Below are positions 37,203-46,846 of a stretch of 64,000 nucleotides of DNA, piece by piece. Within the stretch, counting starts at the first letter, position 1; each line of letters starts with the position of its first letter. Both the position numbers and the translations under genes were made by a program. The notes under the pieces are model-generated. The model saw nothing but the letters and a program-made list of their open reading frames with translations. It searched no databases and was not told where the DNA came from. The stretch covers positions 14,404 to 78,403 of the forward strand of contig JAIVGS010000189.1 in assembly GCA_020201435.1 (NCBI GenBank), given 5' to 3'. The DNA is from Myxococcales bacterium. GTDB taxonomy: Bacteria; Myxococcota; Myxococcia; Myxococcales; 40CM-4-68-19.

Positions 37203-38864
37203 TCAGGGGCTGAGCGCCCGTCTGGCAGCGGACACCGCCCGGTCGTTCTGGGCGCGGCGGCCGAGGGGGACGACGACGGCCGAGGGGTCCCAGTGCGCCT
37301 CCTGGACGGGCAAGCCGGCAGCCTGCAGGGCGAAGAGCAGGCGGGCCGCCGCCGGATGTCTGACGAGCAGGACGGGGGCTGGACTCTCGGAGACCGCGCA
37401 GCCGAGCTCGCGAAGGGCGGCGGCGATTCTTGCCCGCTCGCGGACGAGCAGCAGCCCGGCGCGCCGGGTGCGCTCCGGACGATCGAGGACGGCGTCCGCC
37501 GCGGCGATCTGCGGCGCGCCGAGAGGAAACGGCAGCTCGAGCTTGCGCAGCAGGGCGATCTGCTCCGGCGGGCCGATCGCGTACGCGACGCGCATCGCGG
37601 CGAGACCCTGCAGCTTGCTGAACGAGCGAATCCGGATCGCGCCAGACGGCTTCGGCGGTTCGAACGACCACGCTTCGTCGAGGACGAGAGGAATTCCGGT
37701 GCGCTCCAGGAGCGATCCCTCGCCTGCGGGCAGGGTCGCGCCGGTCGGGTTGTCGGGCGAGGCCACGTAGAGCAGCCGCGTCCGCGGGCCGATGGCGGAG
37801 AGGAGCGGAGCGGCGGAGTGGGCCGGCTCGAACAGACCGTCCGGCCTGCGGCGCGCGGGCACGGCGCGGTGGCGGACGCCTTCCCGCGAGCAGAGCGCGG
37901 AGAGAACTTCGAAGGTCGGGAAGGGGCTGACGATCTCGTCCCCCCGCGAGCAGAAGACGCGGATCGCGCGCTCGATCAATTCGGTCGCGCCGCCGCCGGA
38001 GAGCGCGACGCAGCTTTCGTCGACGCCGTGCAATGAGGCGATGCGCGCGGCGAGGCGGGCGGCGCCGCGAGGGTAGGCCTGCAGTGGAATCGATTTCAGC
38101 GCGGCGCGGACCCGTGGCGACGGTCCGCGGCCAGGCTCGGCCTCGAGCGGCGGCTCGCGGAACGGCTCGACGTCGGCGAGCCGGCCGTCGCCCGCGAGCG
38201 CAGCGGCGGGATCCAGTTGCAGCGCCTCGGCGTCGAGGATCCGGCCCGTCCCCGGGAGCGCGGCGGCCGTGATCACGAGCGGTGCGATCTCCTCGGCCGA
38301 GGGGAATTTCTCGAGCCATTCCGCTGGTGTACCGGCGTCGACGTGCAGCTGCGTACGGACCGGGCCGAGGCAGAGCGCGTTGGCGCGGGCGCGGGGCCAG
38401 CACTCCTCCGCGAACGTGCGCACCATCGATTCCAGCGCCGCTTTGGCGGCGGTGTACGGGCCAGCACCCGGCATCGGCGGCCGCCGCGTGGCGAGGCTCG
38501 AGAGAAAGAAGACATGCTTCGCGCCCCTCCGAAGGAGCGCACCGGCCGCCACCGCCGGGGCCACCGCGTTGGAAAAAAAATGTTTTTTCATTTTTTCTGC
38601 GCCGGCGTCCTCGAGGGCCACCGCCCGGTGGGCCGAGCCGACGCAGATCAGCGCCAGGTCGACCGCGCCGGCCGCCGCCGCGAACTCCTCCGCGCCTGCA
38701 TCGGTCGACACGTCCGCCACGATCGCCCGCGCGCCGGTCTCGGCCGCGACGGCGCGGATCTCGTCCGCCGTCCGCGCGCAGATCGTCAGCTCGGCGAGCC
38801 CCCGCAGCGCGCGGGCGCACGCGGCGCCAATTCCGCGCCCGGCGCCCGCGATGGCGACTTTCAA
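37203..38864 (-). CDS. fusion protein: N-terminal SDR plus C-terminal class I/II (HisC-like) aminotransferase
   Basis: 553 aa. SDR part: 'IAGAGRGIGAA', 'YTAAKAALESM'. Aminotransferase part: 'SPDNPTG', 'VLDEAW', 'RSFSKLQGLAAMRVAY' (PLP Lys). Confidence 0.75.
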   Translation of the reverse strand: MKVAIAGAGRGIGAACARALRGLAELTICARTADEIRAVAAETGARAIVADVSTDAGAEEFAAAAGAVDLALICVGSAHRAVALEDAGAEKMKKHFFSNAVAPAVAAGALLRRGAKHVFFLSSLATRRPPMPGAGPYTAAKAALESMVRTFAEECWPRARANALCLGPVRTQLHVDAGTPAEWLEKFPSAEEIAPLVITAAALPGTGRILDAEALQLDPAAALAGDGRLADVEPFREPPLEAEPGRGPSPRVRAALKSIPLQAYPRGAARLAARIASLHGVDESCVALSGGGATELIERAIRVFCSRGDEIVSPFPTFEVLSALCSREGVRHRAVPARRRPDGLFEPAHSAAPLLSAIGPRTRLLYVASPDNPTGATLPAGEGSLLERTGIPLVLDEAWSFEPPKPSGAIRIRSFSKLQGLAAMRVAYAIGPPEQIALLRKLELPFPLGAPQIAAADAVLDRPERTRRAGLLLVRERARIAAALRELGCAVSESPAPVLLVRHPAAARLLFALQAAGLPVQEAHWDPSAVVVPLGRRAQNDRAVSAARRALSP

Positions 38865-40615
38865 TGCCGGTACCCGTGCGCGATCGGAAAGCGCCAGCCC
38901 TCCCCGAACGCCCGCGCCGTCACCCGCAGCGCCGGGGCTGCCTGCCGCCGCTTGTACTCGCTCTGGACCACGAGCTTGAGCACGCGCCGGACGAGATCCT
39001 CACTGAATCCGCGCTCTTTCAGCGCCTCCGCGCCGAGATGCTCCTCGACGTGTCCGCGCAGGACGCGATCGAGCTGGTCGTACGGCGGCAGCGTGTCCTG
39101 GTCGGTCTGATTCTCGCGCAGCTCGGCTGTCGGCGGCCGCTCGATGATGCGCGCCGGGATGATCTCGCGCTCCCGATTGAACCACCGGGCGAGCGCGTAG
39201 ACCGCCGTCTTCGACAGGTCCCCGATCGCCGCCAGCCCGCCGGCCATGTCGCCGTACAGCGTGCAGAAGCCGGTGGCGAGCTCGCTCTTGTTGCCGGTCG
39301 AGAGAAGCAGGGCGCCGGTCTTGTTCGAGAACGCCATCAGGAGCGTCCCGCGGATGCGCGCCTGGAGGTTCTCCTCGGTCACGTCCGGCTTGCGGCCGGC
39401 GAAGATCGGCGCCAGCGCCTGGAGGTACGCCTGGAAGATCGGCTCGATGGCGATCGTACGGTGGTGCACGTCCAGCCTTCGGGCGAGCAGCTCGGCGTCG
39501 TCGTTGCTCATCGACGCGGTGTAGCGGGAAGGCATCGCGAAGGTCGTGACGTTGGCCGATCCGAGCGCGCGCGCCGCTAGGACTGCGGTCACGGCCGAAT
39601 CGATCCCGCCGGAGAGTCCGAGCACGGCGGTCTTGAAGCCGGTCTTGAGCGTGTAGTCGCGGATTCCGAGGGTCAGCGCGTCGGCCAGGTCGCTGCAGGA
39701 TTCGTCAGTGAATTCGGACTCATACGCGGCCACGACGGCGAGCGCGCCCGGGGTCGGTTCGGCGATCTCGTCGCAGATGATCGACGAGCCGCCCTCCTGC
39801 ATCGGCCTCGCCGATCGCGCCGTCTGCGCCGGCGAAGGCGCGAGCTCGTCGACGACGAGGTCCTCGGCGAATGCCTTCAGCTCGCGCCGCACCTCGCCTC
39901 CGGCGCTGACCAGCAGCGATCGGCCGTCGAAGATGAGCGAGTCGTTTCCGCCGACGAGATTGCAGAGCGCGATCGGCAGCCGGTGGCGCCGCGCCGCCGC
40001 TGCCACCATGTCGCGTCGCACCTGCGGCTTTCCCACCGCGTACGGAGAGGCCGAGAGGTTCACGATCGCCTCCGCGCCGCGCCCCGCGAGCTCTTCGATC
40101 GGATCGCGCAGGTACCGCTGCTGCCGCCAGAATTGCTTGTCGTTCCAAAGGTCTTCGCAGATGGTCACGCCGATCCGCGCGCCCGCGATCTCCATCACGG
40201 TCGGGTGCGCCCCGGCGTCGAAATAGCGGCCCTCGTCGAAGACGTCGTAGGTGGGCAAGAGGCACTTGCGCACGATTCCGGCGATGCCGCCGCCCTGCAG
40301 CAGCGCGACCGCGTTGAACAGGCCGGCGCCGGGCCCGCCGTGGCGCTCGGGAAATCCGACCAGCGCCGGGGTCTTCCGGAACACGGCGTTCTCGGCCAGC
40401 TGGTCGAGCGCCGACCGGCAGCGGGCGACGAACTCGTCGAGCTCGAGGAGGTCCTTGGGCGGGTAACCGCACAGCGTCAGCTCGGGAAAGACGACGAGCT
40501 GCGCACCCTGCTCGGCCGCTTTCGCCGTCTGCGCGACGACCTTCGCGGCGTTGCCGGCGAAGTCGCCGACCGTGGTATCGATCTGTGCAAGTCCGATCCG
40601 CACGCCTGGTGCCAT
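38861..40615 (-). CDS. nadE: glutamine-dependent NAD+ synthetase
   Basis: Nitrilase-like N-domain ('VVFPELTLCGYP') plus synthetase domain ('VLGLSGGIDSAV'). ATG 40615 is preferred; the track start at 40639 is a TTG directly after the upstream TGA. Confidence 0.88.
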   Translation of the reverse strand: MAPGVRIGLAQIDTTVGDFAGNAAKVVAQTAKAAEQGAQLVVFPELTLCGYPPKDLLELDEFVARCRSALDQLAENAVFRKTPALVGFPERHGGPGAGLFNAVALLQGGGIAGIVRKCLLPTYDVFDEGRYFDAGAHPTVMEIAGARIGVTICEDLWNDKQFWRQQRYLRDPIEELAGRGAEAIVNLSASPYAVGKPQVRRDMVAAAARRHRLPIALCNLVGGNDSLIFDGRSLLVSAGGEVRRELKAFAEDLVVDELAPSPAQTARSARPMQEGGSSIICDEIAEPTPGALAVVAAYESEFTDESCSDLADALTLGIRDYTLKTGFKTAVLGLSGGIDSAVTAVLAARALGSANVTTFAMPSRYTASMSNDDAELLARRLDVHHRTIAIEPIFQAYLQALAPIFAGRKPDVTEENLQARIRGTLLMAFSNKTGALLLSTGNKSELATGFCTLYGDMAGGLAAIGDLSKTAVYALARWFNREREIIPARIIERPPTAELRENQTDQDTLPPYDQLDRVLRGHVEEHLGAEALKERGFSEDLVRRVLKLVVQSEYKRRQAAPALRVTARAFGEGWRFPIAHGYRH

Positions 40616-40639
40616 AACGGGCGCGCTGGCGCAGGTCAA

Positions 40640-43600
40640 TCAGGGACGGACCTGCACCGTTCCGGTTCGTGCGAGCTTGCCCCAGCCGACCGCGAATCCC
40701 GCGAGCGCGTTCCAGAGCGAGCGAATCAGCGCGACCCAGAGGAGTTGCCGGTAGGCGATTCGCTGGACGAACAGGCCCGCGAGCAAGCCGAGATCCTCTC
40801 CTTCGAGCAGCACCGCGACCGCCGAGAGCAGCAGGTCGAGCGCGAAGAAGAGCAGGTAGTAACCCGCAGTCGCCAGCGCGCGACCCCGCAGGAGCGAAAC
40901 GAGCAGGAGGATGTCCACCACCGGGGCCACGAACGGTACGATGAATTGATAGATGGCGAACGCGGGCAGGATCGCCCACCCGAGGACGCCGCCGCCGCGC
41001 CGGAACAGCCGCGACTTGTGCTTCCAGCACGCCTGGAGGACGCCGTACGTCCAGCGGAACCGTTGTTTCAAGAGCGATTCCGCCGTCTCCGGCGCCTCGG
41101 TATACGCGAGCGCCTGATCGGCGTAGACGACGCGGAATCCGGCCGCGATCAACCGCAGGGTCAGATCGGTGTCCTCGGCGAGCGTGTCCTCGTGGAATCC
41201 GCCGGCGTCGAGGACGGCCTTTCGCCGCCAGGCGCCGACCGCGCCGGGAACGACCGGCACCGCGCCGGCCAGGTCCCACGCGCGCCGCTCGAGGTTCTGC
41301 GCGGTCACGTACTCGAGGGCCTGCCACCGCGTCAGCCGGTTGACGCGATTGCCGACTTTCGCGTTGCCCGCGACCGCTCCGACGCGCGCGTCGGCGAACG
41401 GCGCGGTCAGGCGGGCGACGGTCTCCGGCGTGAAAATCGTGTCGCTGTCCAATGCGACGACGACCTCGCCCCGGGCTTCCGCAAATCCGAGATTGAGCGC
41501 GCTTGCTTTGCCTCCGTTCGGCTTGCCGAAGATGCGCACCCGCGGATTGCCGTCGAATTTCTCGTGTAAGACCGCAAGAGTACGGTCCTTGGAGCCGTCG
41601 TCGACGCAGACCACTTCCGCTACTTGAGGCTCCTGCGCGAGCAGAGAATCGACGGTGCGCGCGATCACCGCTTCCTCGTTGTAGGCCGGCACGACGACCG
41701 AAACCGTCAGCCCCGGCGGCGGCCGCTGCAGCCCGTTGCGGCGCGCCCGCCGCGCCTGCAGCGGCGCGAGCACCGCGAGGATGACGGCGCGCAGCGCGAG
41801 CAGCGCGATGGCGAACGCGAACAGCGGTCCGAGCGCGCGCGCGATCCCGCCGAGGATGCCGAAGACGACGCTGTCCGCGCTCGCCACCAGCGCCGACGCC
41901 GGCGCACGCGGAGCGGGCGGCAGCAGCTGATCGCGCGTGAACCCGGTCATCTCTTCCGGAGTGGCCAGCGCCAGACCCTTCGCCGCGAGCCCGTCGAGGA
42001 TCAGGGGCAAGGCCGCGAGGGTCGCCGACCGATCGCCGCCGCCGTCGTGCAGCAGGATCACCGATCCCTTGTCGACCTGCGCCAGCACGCGCGACGCGAT
42101 CACTTGCGGATCGCGCTCGGCGAAGTCCTCCGGATCGATGTCCTGGCCGAGCGTCAGGTACCCCATCTGTGACGCGCGTGCGATCACCTGCGCGTTCTGC
42201 GCTTCGTCGAGCGCCTCGTCGGAGTGATACGGCGGCCGGAACAGGCGCGGCTGCCGTCCGGTGATCCACTCCAGCAGCCGCTCGTTGACGTTGAGCTCGA
42301 CCTCCAGCCGCAGCGGCGAGACGCGCGAGAGATCCGGGTGGGTATAGGTGTGATTCCCGATCTCGTGTCCCTCCACATACTCGCGCCGCACCAGGTCCGG
42401 GCGTGCCTGCGCGTTCTCGCCGATGAGGAAGAACGCGGCTTTCGCACCCCGTGCCTTCAGGAAATCGAGGATCTCCGGCGTCCACTTCGGGTCCGGCCCG
42501 TCGTCGAACGTGAGCAGCACTTTTCCCGCCGGCTTCGCGCCGTGGCGCTCGAGGATCCATCCCGACGGGTACTGCTGATAATCGACCCGCGCGACGTGCC
42601 CGGCCGGATCCCACGCCACCGTCCGCCGCCCCGACTGCGGCCGCGCTTTGAGCGAGAAGACCTCGCCCTCACCGACCAGCGCGACGTCGTCGGGATCGTG
42701 CGCGGTGATGACGCCGTCGAGGCGCTGCCGCGCCAGGCTCTCGTCGAACCGGCGCTGCTCGGGAGGCCTGGCGAAGAGATCGAACACCCGCGGGTCCTCG
42801 GCACCGAGCCGCCAGATGGCGACGCCGCGGACGTGGAGCGGCTCGAGCGCCTCGAGCTGCGCGGCCATCGCCGGCGCGTCGAGGAAACGCACCTCGTGCT
42901 TCTCGTGCGCCTGGTCGTCGTCGTACTCGAAGTACGAGGTCTTCGAGTCCTGGTCCCACTCGATCGGGACCTCGTTCTCCCGCGCCAGAGCCAGCGCCTG
43001 GCCGAACGCGAGCTCGTCCGCCGGCCGCGCCGTGTCCCCGTCGGAATCGAGCGGCCAGTCGTAGCCATAGGCGCCGAGGGCGACGACGATCCTGTCGGCG
43101 GGCGCGCGCCGAAGGTATGCCGCCGCGCTCTCGGCGACGTAGTCCGGCGTCGCGATCGGCCCCGGATTGTCGGTCGAAGCGTGCTGGTCGTACGCCATCA
43201 CCACCAGAAAATCGGTCGCGGCCGCGAGCCGTTCGACCGGAACGCCGCGCAATTCGGCCGGCACGTCGACGCTCAGCAGGAAGCCGCGCGGATGCAGCTC
43301 CGTCCACGCCTGCTCGACGAACGCGGCGAGCTCCTGCCACAGCCTCGGATCGAGGTCCTCGAAGTCGAGGTTGACCCCGGCGAACCCGCGCTCCTCGCAG
43401 AGCCGCGCGAGCCGCTGGGCGCCGTCTTTTCGGGAGAGGAACGTCTTCACCAGCTCGCGCCGGAACTGCCCGTCCGCATAGTTCGAGACCGTCGGCGTCA
43501 ATTCCAGCCGCGCCGCCGCCTGCGCCAGGCGAGGATCCTCCTCGATCAGGAAGCTGCCGTCGCGATCGAGCCGGATCCACTCCGGCATCGCGTGCGTGAG

Positions 43601-43978
43601 CTGGTCGGCATGCGCCTGCAGCGAGGTCAGGCTCTGCGGATCCCAGTTGACCGCGAATCCCGCCAGCACCGGCTCCCGCGCATCGGCCGGTTTGCGCCGC
43701 CGCTGCGCGGCCTGTGCCTCGGTCAGTAGCGTTTTGAGACGGGCAGCCTCGTTTCGATACGCCCGTTCCCGCGCCTTGCTCTCCAGCGGATGGCCGGCCG
43801 GCAAGACGCCGCGGCCCACCGGCGCAGGCTCGGGCTCCGCCGCGCTCCTGCTCCACGGCGCAGGAAAGATCGAGACGAGAAACACGCCGAGCGCCGCCAC
43901 GGCTCCCGCCGCGCCGAGCACCGACGCGGCGCGAACCGCGCGTCCGCGCACTCCCGATTCATCACGAAACACGCTCAT
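40640..43978 (-). CDS. triple-domain exopolysaccharide enzyme: GH18-like, CE4 polysaccharide deacetylase and family-2 glycosyltransferase (PgaC/NodC-like)
   Basis: About 1112 aa from ATG 43978 (track start 44017). GH18-like 'GVNLDFEDL'. NodB 'LLTFDDGPDPKWTPEILD...GNHTYTHPDL'. GT2 'VSVVVPAYNEE...VCVDDGS...ALDSDT...QRFRWTYG'. Multiple TM helices. Confidence 0.8.
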   Translation of the reverse strand: MSVFRDESGVRGRAVRAASVLGAAGAVAALGVFLVSIFPAPWSRSAAEPEPAPVGRGVLPAGHPLESKARERAYRNEAARLKTLLTEAQAAQRRRKPADAREPVLAGFAVNWDPQSLTSLQAHADQLTHAMPEWIRLDRDGSFLIEEDPRLAQAAARLELTPTVSNYADGQFRRELVKTFLSRKDGAQRLARLCEERGFAGVNLDFEDLDPRLWQELAAFVEQAWTELHPRGFLLSVDVPAELRGVPVERLAAATDFLVVMAYDQHASTDNPGPIATPDYVAESAAAYLRRAPADRIVVALGAYGYDWPLDSDGDTARPADELAFGQALALARENEVPIEWDQDSKTSYFEYDDDQAHEKHEVRFLDAPAMAAQLEALEPLHVRGVAIWRLGAEDPRVFDLFARPPEQRRFDESLARQRLDGVITAHDPDDVALVGEGEVFSLKARPQSGRRTVAWDPAGHVARVDYQQYPSGWILERHGAKPAGKVLLTFDDGPDPKWTPEILDFLKARGAKAAFFLIGENAQARPDLVRREYVEGHEIGNHTYTHPDLSRVSPLRLEVELNVNERLLEWITGRQPRLFRPPYHSDEALDEAQNAQVIARASQMGYLTLGQDIDPEDFAERDPQVIASRVLAQVDKGSVILLHDGGGDRSATLAALPLILDGLAAKGLALATPEEMTGFTRDQLLPPAPRAPASALVASADSVVFGILGGIARALGPLFAFAIALLALRAVILAVLAPLQARRARRNGLQRPPPGLTVSVVVPAYNEEAVIARTVDSLLAQEPQVAEVVCVDDGSKDRTLAVLHEKFDGNPRVRIFGKPNGGKASALNLGFAEARGEVVVALDSDTIFTPETVARLTAPFADARVGAVAGNAKVGNRVNRLTRWQALEYVTAQNLERRAWDLAGAVPVVPGAVGAWRRKAVLDAGGFHEDTLAEDTDLTLRLIAAGFRVVYADQALAYTEAPETAESLLKQRFRWTYGVLQACWKHKSRLFRRGGGVLGWAILPAFAIYQFIVPFVAPVVDILLLVSLLRGRALATAGYYLLFFALDLLLSAVAVLLEGEDLGLLAGLFVQRIAYRQLLWVALIRSLWNALAGFAVGWGKLARTGTVQVRP

Positions 43979-44049
43979 TTCGAGACCCTTTGACGCACGC
44001 GCAGCCGCTTCATGCAACGGGTGTGCCGGCCTGTGTTACACACCCACCC

Positions 44050-45099
44050 GTGCACGACGATCTCGAGCAACGCAAGTCGCAACATCTCGATCTGGTCCAG
44101 CGATCCGAGGTCGAGCCGGAGGGCTCCGATCCTCTCTTCGACTGCGTCAAGCTCGTGCACCGCGCGCTGCCCGAGCTTGCGCTCGACGGGGTCGATCTCT
44201 CGACCGAGCTCTGTGGCCGCCCGCTGAAAGCGCCGCTCATGGTCACAGGCATGACCGGCGGGACCGAGCGGGCGGGGCAGATCAACCGCGATCTGGCGGC
44301 GCTGGCGCAGGAGGCAGGGATCGCGTTCGGCGTCGGGTCGATGCGGATCCTGCTCGATCAGCCGGAGCTGTTGCCGACGTTCGCGGTGCAGTCGCGGCCG
44401 CCGCTGCTCTTCGCCAACCTCGGCGCGCAGCAGCTCGTCCAGCGCGGGACCGACGCGGCCCTCAAGCTCGTCGATCTGATCAAGGCCGACGGCATCGCCA
44501 TCCACTTGAACGCCGCGCAGGAGCTGGTCCAGGAGGGCGGCGATCGCGACTTTCGCGGCCAGATCGATGCCATCGCCCGGCTCGTTCCGCAGGCGAACGT
44601 GATCGTCAAGGAGACCGGCTGCGGAATCTCGCCCGCGGTCGTCGCCGACCTGTGGGATGCCGGAGTTCGCGCGCTCGACGTCAGCGGGCAGGGCGGCACG
44701 AGCTGGCCGCGCGTCGAGCAGCTTCGGGCGAAAACGCCTGAATCCCGCGCACTTGGCGGGCTGCTCAGCGACTGGGGCATTCCTGCCGCGGCCTGCATCG
44801 CGGCAGCGCGTGAGGCGAGTCCGCAGATGCAGATCGTCGGTTCCGGCGGCATCCGGTCGGGCCTCGACGCGGCCAGGGCGATCGCGCTCGGCGCCGACGT
44901 CGCCGGCTTCGCGCTGCCGATCGTCCGCGCGCACCAGCAGGGCGGCGTCGCGGCTGCGCGCGAGACGCTCCGCGGCAGCATCGCGGCGCTGAAGGCCGCG
45001 TTCCTGCTCTGCGGCGCGCGAAATGCCGTCGCGCTCCGGGCGTCGCGGCCGGTCATCCTCGAGCCGTTGAAGACCTGGATCGAGGGGCTCGCGGAATGA
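44050..45099 (+). CDS. fni: type 2 isopentenyl-diphosphate delta-isomerase
   Basis: 'RKSQHLDL...PLMVTGMTGG...GVGSMR...VKETGCGIS...SGGIRSGLD'. GTG 44050 is preferred; the track start at 43990 would overlap the divergent gene. Confidence 0.85.
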   Translation: MHDDLEQRKSQHLDLVQRSEVEPEGSDPLFDCVKLVHRALPELALDGVDLSTELCGRPLKAPLMVTGMTGGTERAGQINRDLAALAQEAGIAFGVGSMRILLDQPELLPTFAVQSRPPLLFANLGAQQLVQRGTDAALKLVDLIKADGIAIHLNAAQELVQEGGDRDFRGQIDAIARLVPQANVIVKETGCGISPAVVADLWDAGVRALDVSGQGGTSWPRVEQLRAKTPESRALGGLLSDWGIPAAACIAAAREASPQMQIVGSGGIRSGLDAARAIALGADVAGFALPIVRAHQQGGVAAARETLRGSIAALKAAFLLCGARNAVALRASRPVILEPLKTWIEGLAE

Positions 45100-45914
45100 G
45101 CGTCGGGCGCGCGCCGGGAAAGGTGATCCTTCTCGGCGAGCACGCGGTCGTCTACGGCGAACCGGCGCTGGCCGCGGCGATCGACCGGCACATCCAGGTG
45201 TCTGTCGAGCCCGCCGATGCGGCCGACGCTCCCGACGCGTTCATCGCCATCGCCCGCGAAGCGGGCTGGACGGGCGGGTTCAGCGTTCGAATCGAGAGTC
45301 AGATCCCGTACGGCAATGGACTCGGAAGCTCGGCGGCGCTGGGCGTCGCGCTCGCCCGCGCGTTCAAGCCGGGCTGTTCGGTGGAGGAGGCGGCGAGGCT
45401 CGCGATGCACCTCGAGCGGGCGGTCCACGGCAAGCCGTCCGGCGTCGATCCGGCGGTTTCGGCTCACGGCGGCGTCATTTTTTTCCTGAAGGGCGCCGTC
45501 GAACGCGTCGGCGGGTCGGCCTGGCTCTGCGTCCTGCAAAGCGGAATCGAGCGCGGGACGAAAACCACCGTGCTCGGCCTCGCCGAGCGGCGCAAGACCG
45601 ATCCGGTGATCGATCGCAGCATCCGATCCCTCGGCGAGCTGGCCCGCCAGGGGCGCAGCTTTCTCGAGCTCGGCGATCTCCGCGGCCTGGGCAAGGCCTT
45701 CGACACCGCGCACTCGTATCTGCGCGACGGCCTCGGCGTGTCTTGCCTCGAGCTCGAACGCGCGGCCGACGCGCTGCGGGCCGCCGGCGCGCTCGGCGCG
45801 AAGTTGACCGGCGCAGGCGGCGGCGGCGCCGCGATCGGCCTCGCGCGCGACCAGGCCCATGCAGGCGAAATCGCTGAAAAAACCGGCGGTTTCGCGGTAG
45901 GAATCGGGTCGTGA
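45096..45914 (+). CDS. mvk: mevalonate kinase (GHMP kinase)
   Basis: 272 aa. 'APGKVILLGEHAVVYGEPALA', 'IPYGNGLGSSAAL', 'GAKLTGAGGGG'. ATGA overlap with fni. Confidence 0.8.
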   Translation: MSVGRAPGKVILLGEHAVVYGEPALAAAIDRHIQVSVEPADAADAPDAFIAIAREAGWTGGFSVRIESQIPYGNGLGSSAALGVALARAFKPGCSVEEAARLAMHLERAVHGKPSGVDPAVSAHGGVIFFLKGAVERVGGSAWLCVLQSGIERGTKTTVLGLAERRKTDPVIDRSIRSLGELARQGRSFLELGDLRGLGKAFDTAHSYLRDGLGVSCLELERAADALRAAGALGAKLTGAGGGGAAIGLARDQAHAGEIAEKTGGFAVGIGS

Positions 45915-46846
45915 AAGCGACCGCCGTCGCCCACGCGAACATCGCGCTCGTCAAGTACTGGGGAAAGCGCGACGACGCCTTGCATCTGCCGCAGGCGGCC
46001 TCGCTCGCCGTCGCGCTCGACCGCCTGCGCACCGAGACCAGCGTCGACCTGGGCGGAGCCGAGGACATCCTCGAGCTCGACGGCAAGCCGGCGTCGCCGG
46101 AGCAAGTGCAGCGGGCGCGGGCACTGCTCGATGCCGCCGGAATTCGCGAGAAAGCGCGGATCGTCTCGCGCAACGACTTTCCCACCGCTGCCGGGCTCGC
46201 CTCCAGCGCTTCGGGCTTCGCCGCCCTCGCCGTCGCCGCCTGCGCGGCCGCGGGAAAGAAGCGATCGCTCGAAGAGCTGTCCGCGCTCGCGCGGCTGGGC
46301 AGCGGCTCGGCGGCGCGCAGCGTCCCGGGCGGCTGGGCGGTGTGGGAAAACGAGAGCGCGCGGCAGGTCTTTTCTCCCTCGCACTGGGACCTCCGCTTCT
46401 GCGTCGCGATCTGCGCGCTGGGACCCAAAGCGACCGGCTCGCGCGACGGGATGCGGGCGACCCGCGAGAGCTCGCCGTACCACGCCGCGTGGATCGAGCA
46501 GTGCCGGCGCGATCTTCCCCGCGCGCTGCACCTCCTGGCCGGCAAGAACCTGGACGGTCTTGGCGCTCTCGCCGAATCGAACGCACTGCGGATGCACGCC
46601 GACGCGCTCGCCGCCGAGCCGCCGCTGTTGTACTGGGAACCGGCCACCGTCGGATGTCTCCAGGCGTTGCGGTCGCTGCGCGAGGAACGCGTCCAGGCCT
46701 GGGCGACGATCGACGCCGGGCCGCACGTCGTCGCCATCTGCGCGCCCGAGACGGCGAAACAAGTCGAAACGCGGCTGCGCGCGGTTTCCGGTGTACTCGA
46801 CGTGTTGGTCTGCTCGCCGGCGGAGGGCGCGCGGGTCGTCTCATGA
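45911..46846 (+). CDS. mvaD: diphosphomevalonate decarboxylase
   Basis: 311 aa. 'AHANIALVKYWGKRD', 'NDFPTAAGLASSASGFAAL'. Overlaps the mvk stop. Confidence 0.88.
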   Translation: MKATAVAHANIALVKYWGKRDDALHLPQAASLAVALDRLRTETSVDLGGAEDILELDGKPASPEQVQRARALLDAAGIREKARIVSRNDFPTAAGLASSASGFAALAVAACAAAGKKRSLEELSALARLGSGSAARSVPGGWAVWENESARQVFSPSHWDLRFCVAICALGPKATGSRDGMRATRESSPYHAAWIEQCRRDLPRALHLLAGKNLDGLGALAESNALRMHADALAAEPPLLYWEPATVGCLQALRSLREERVQAWATIDAGPHVVAICAPETAKQVETRLRAVSGVLDVLVCSPAEGARVVS

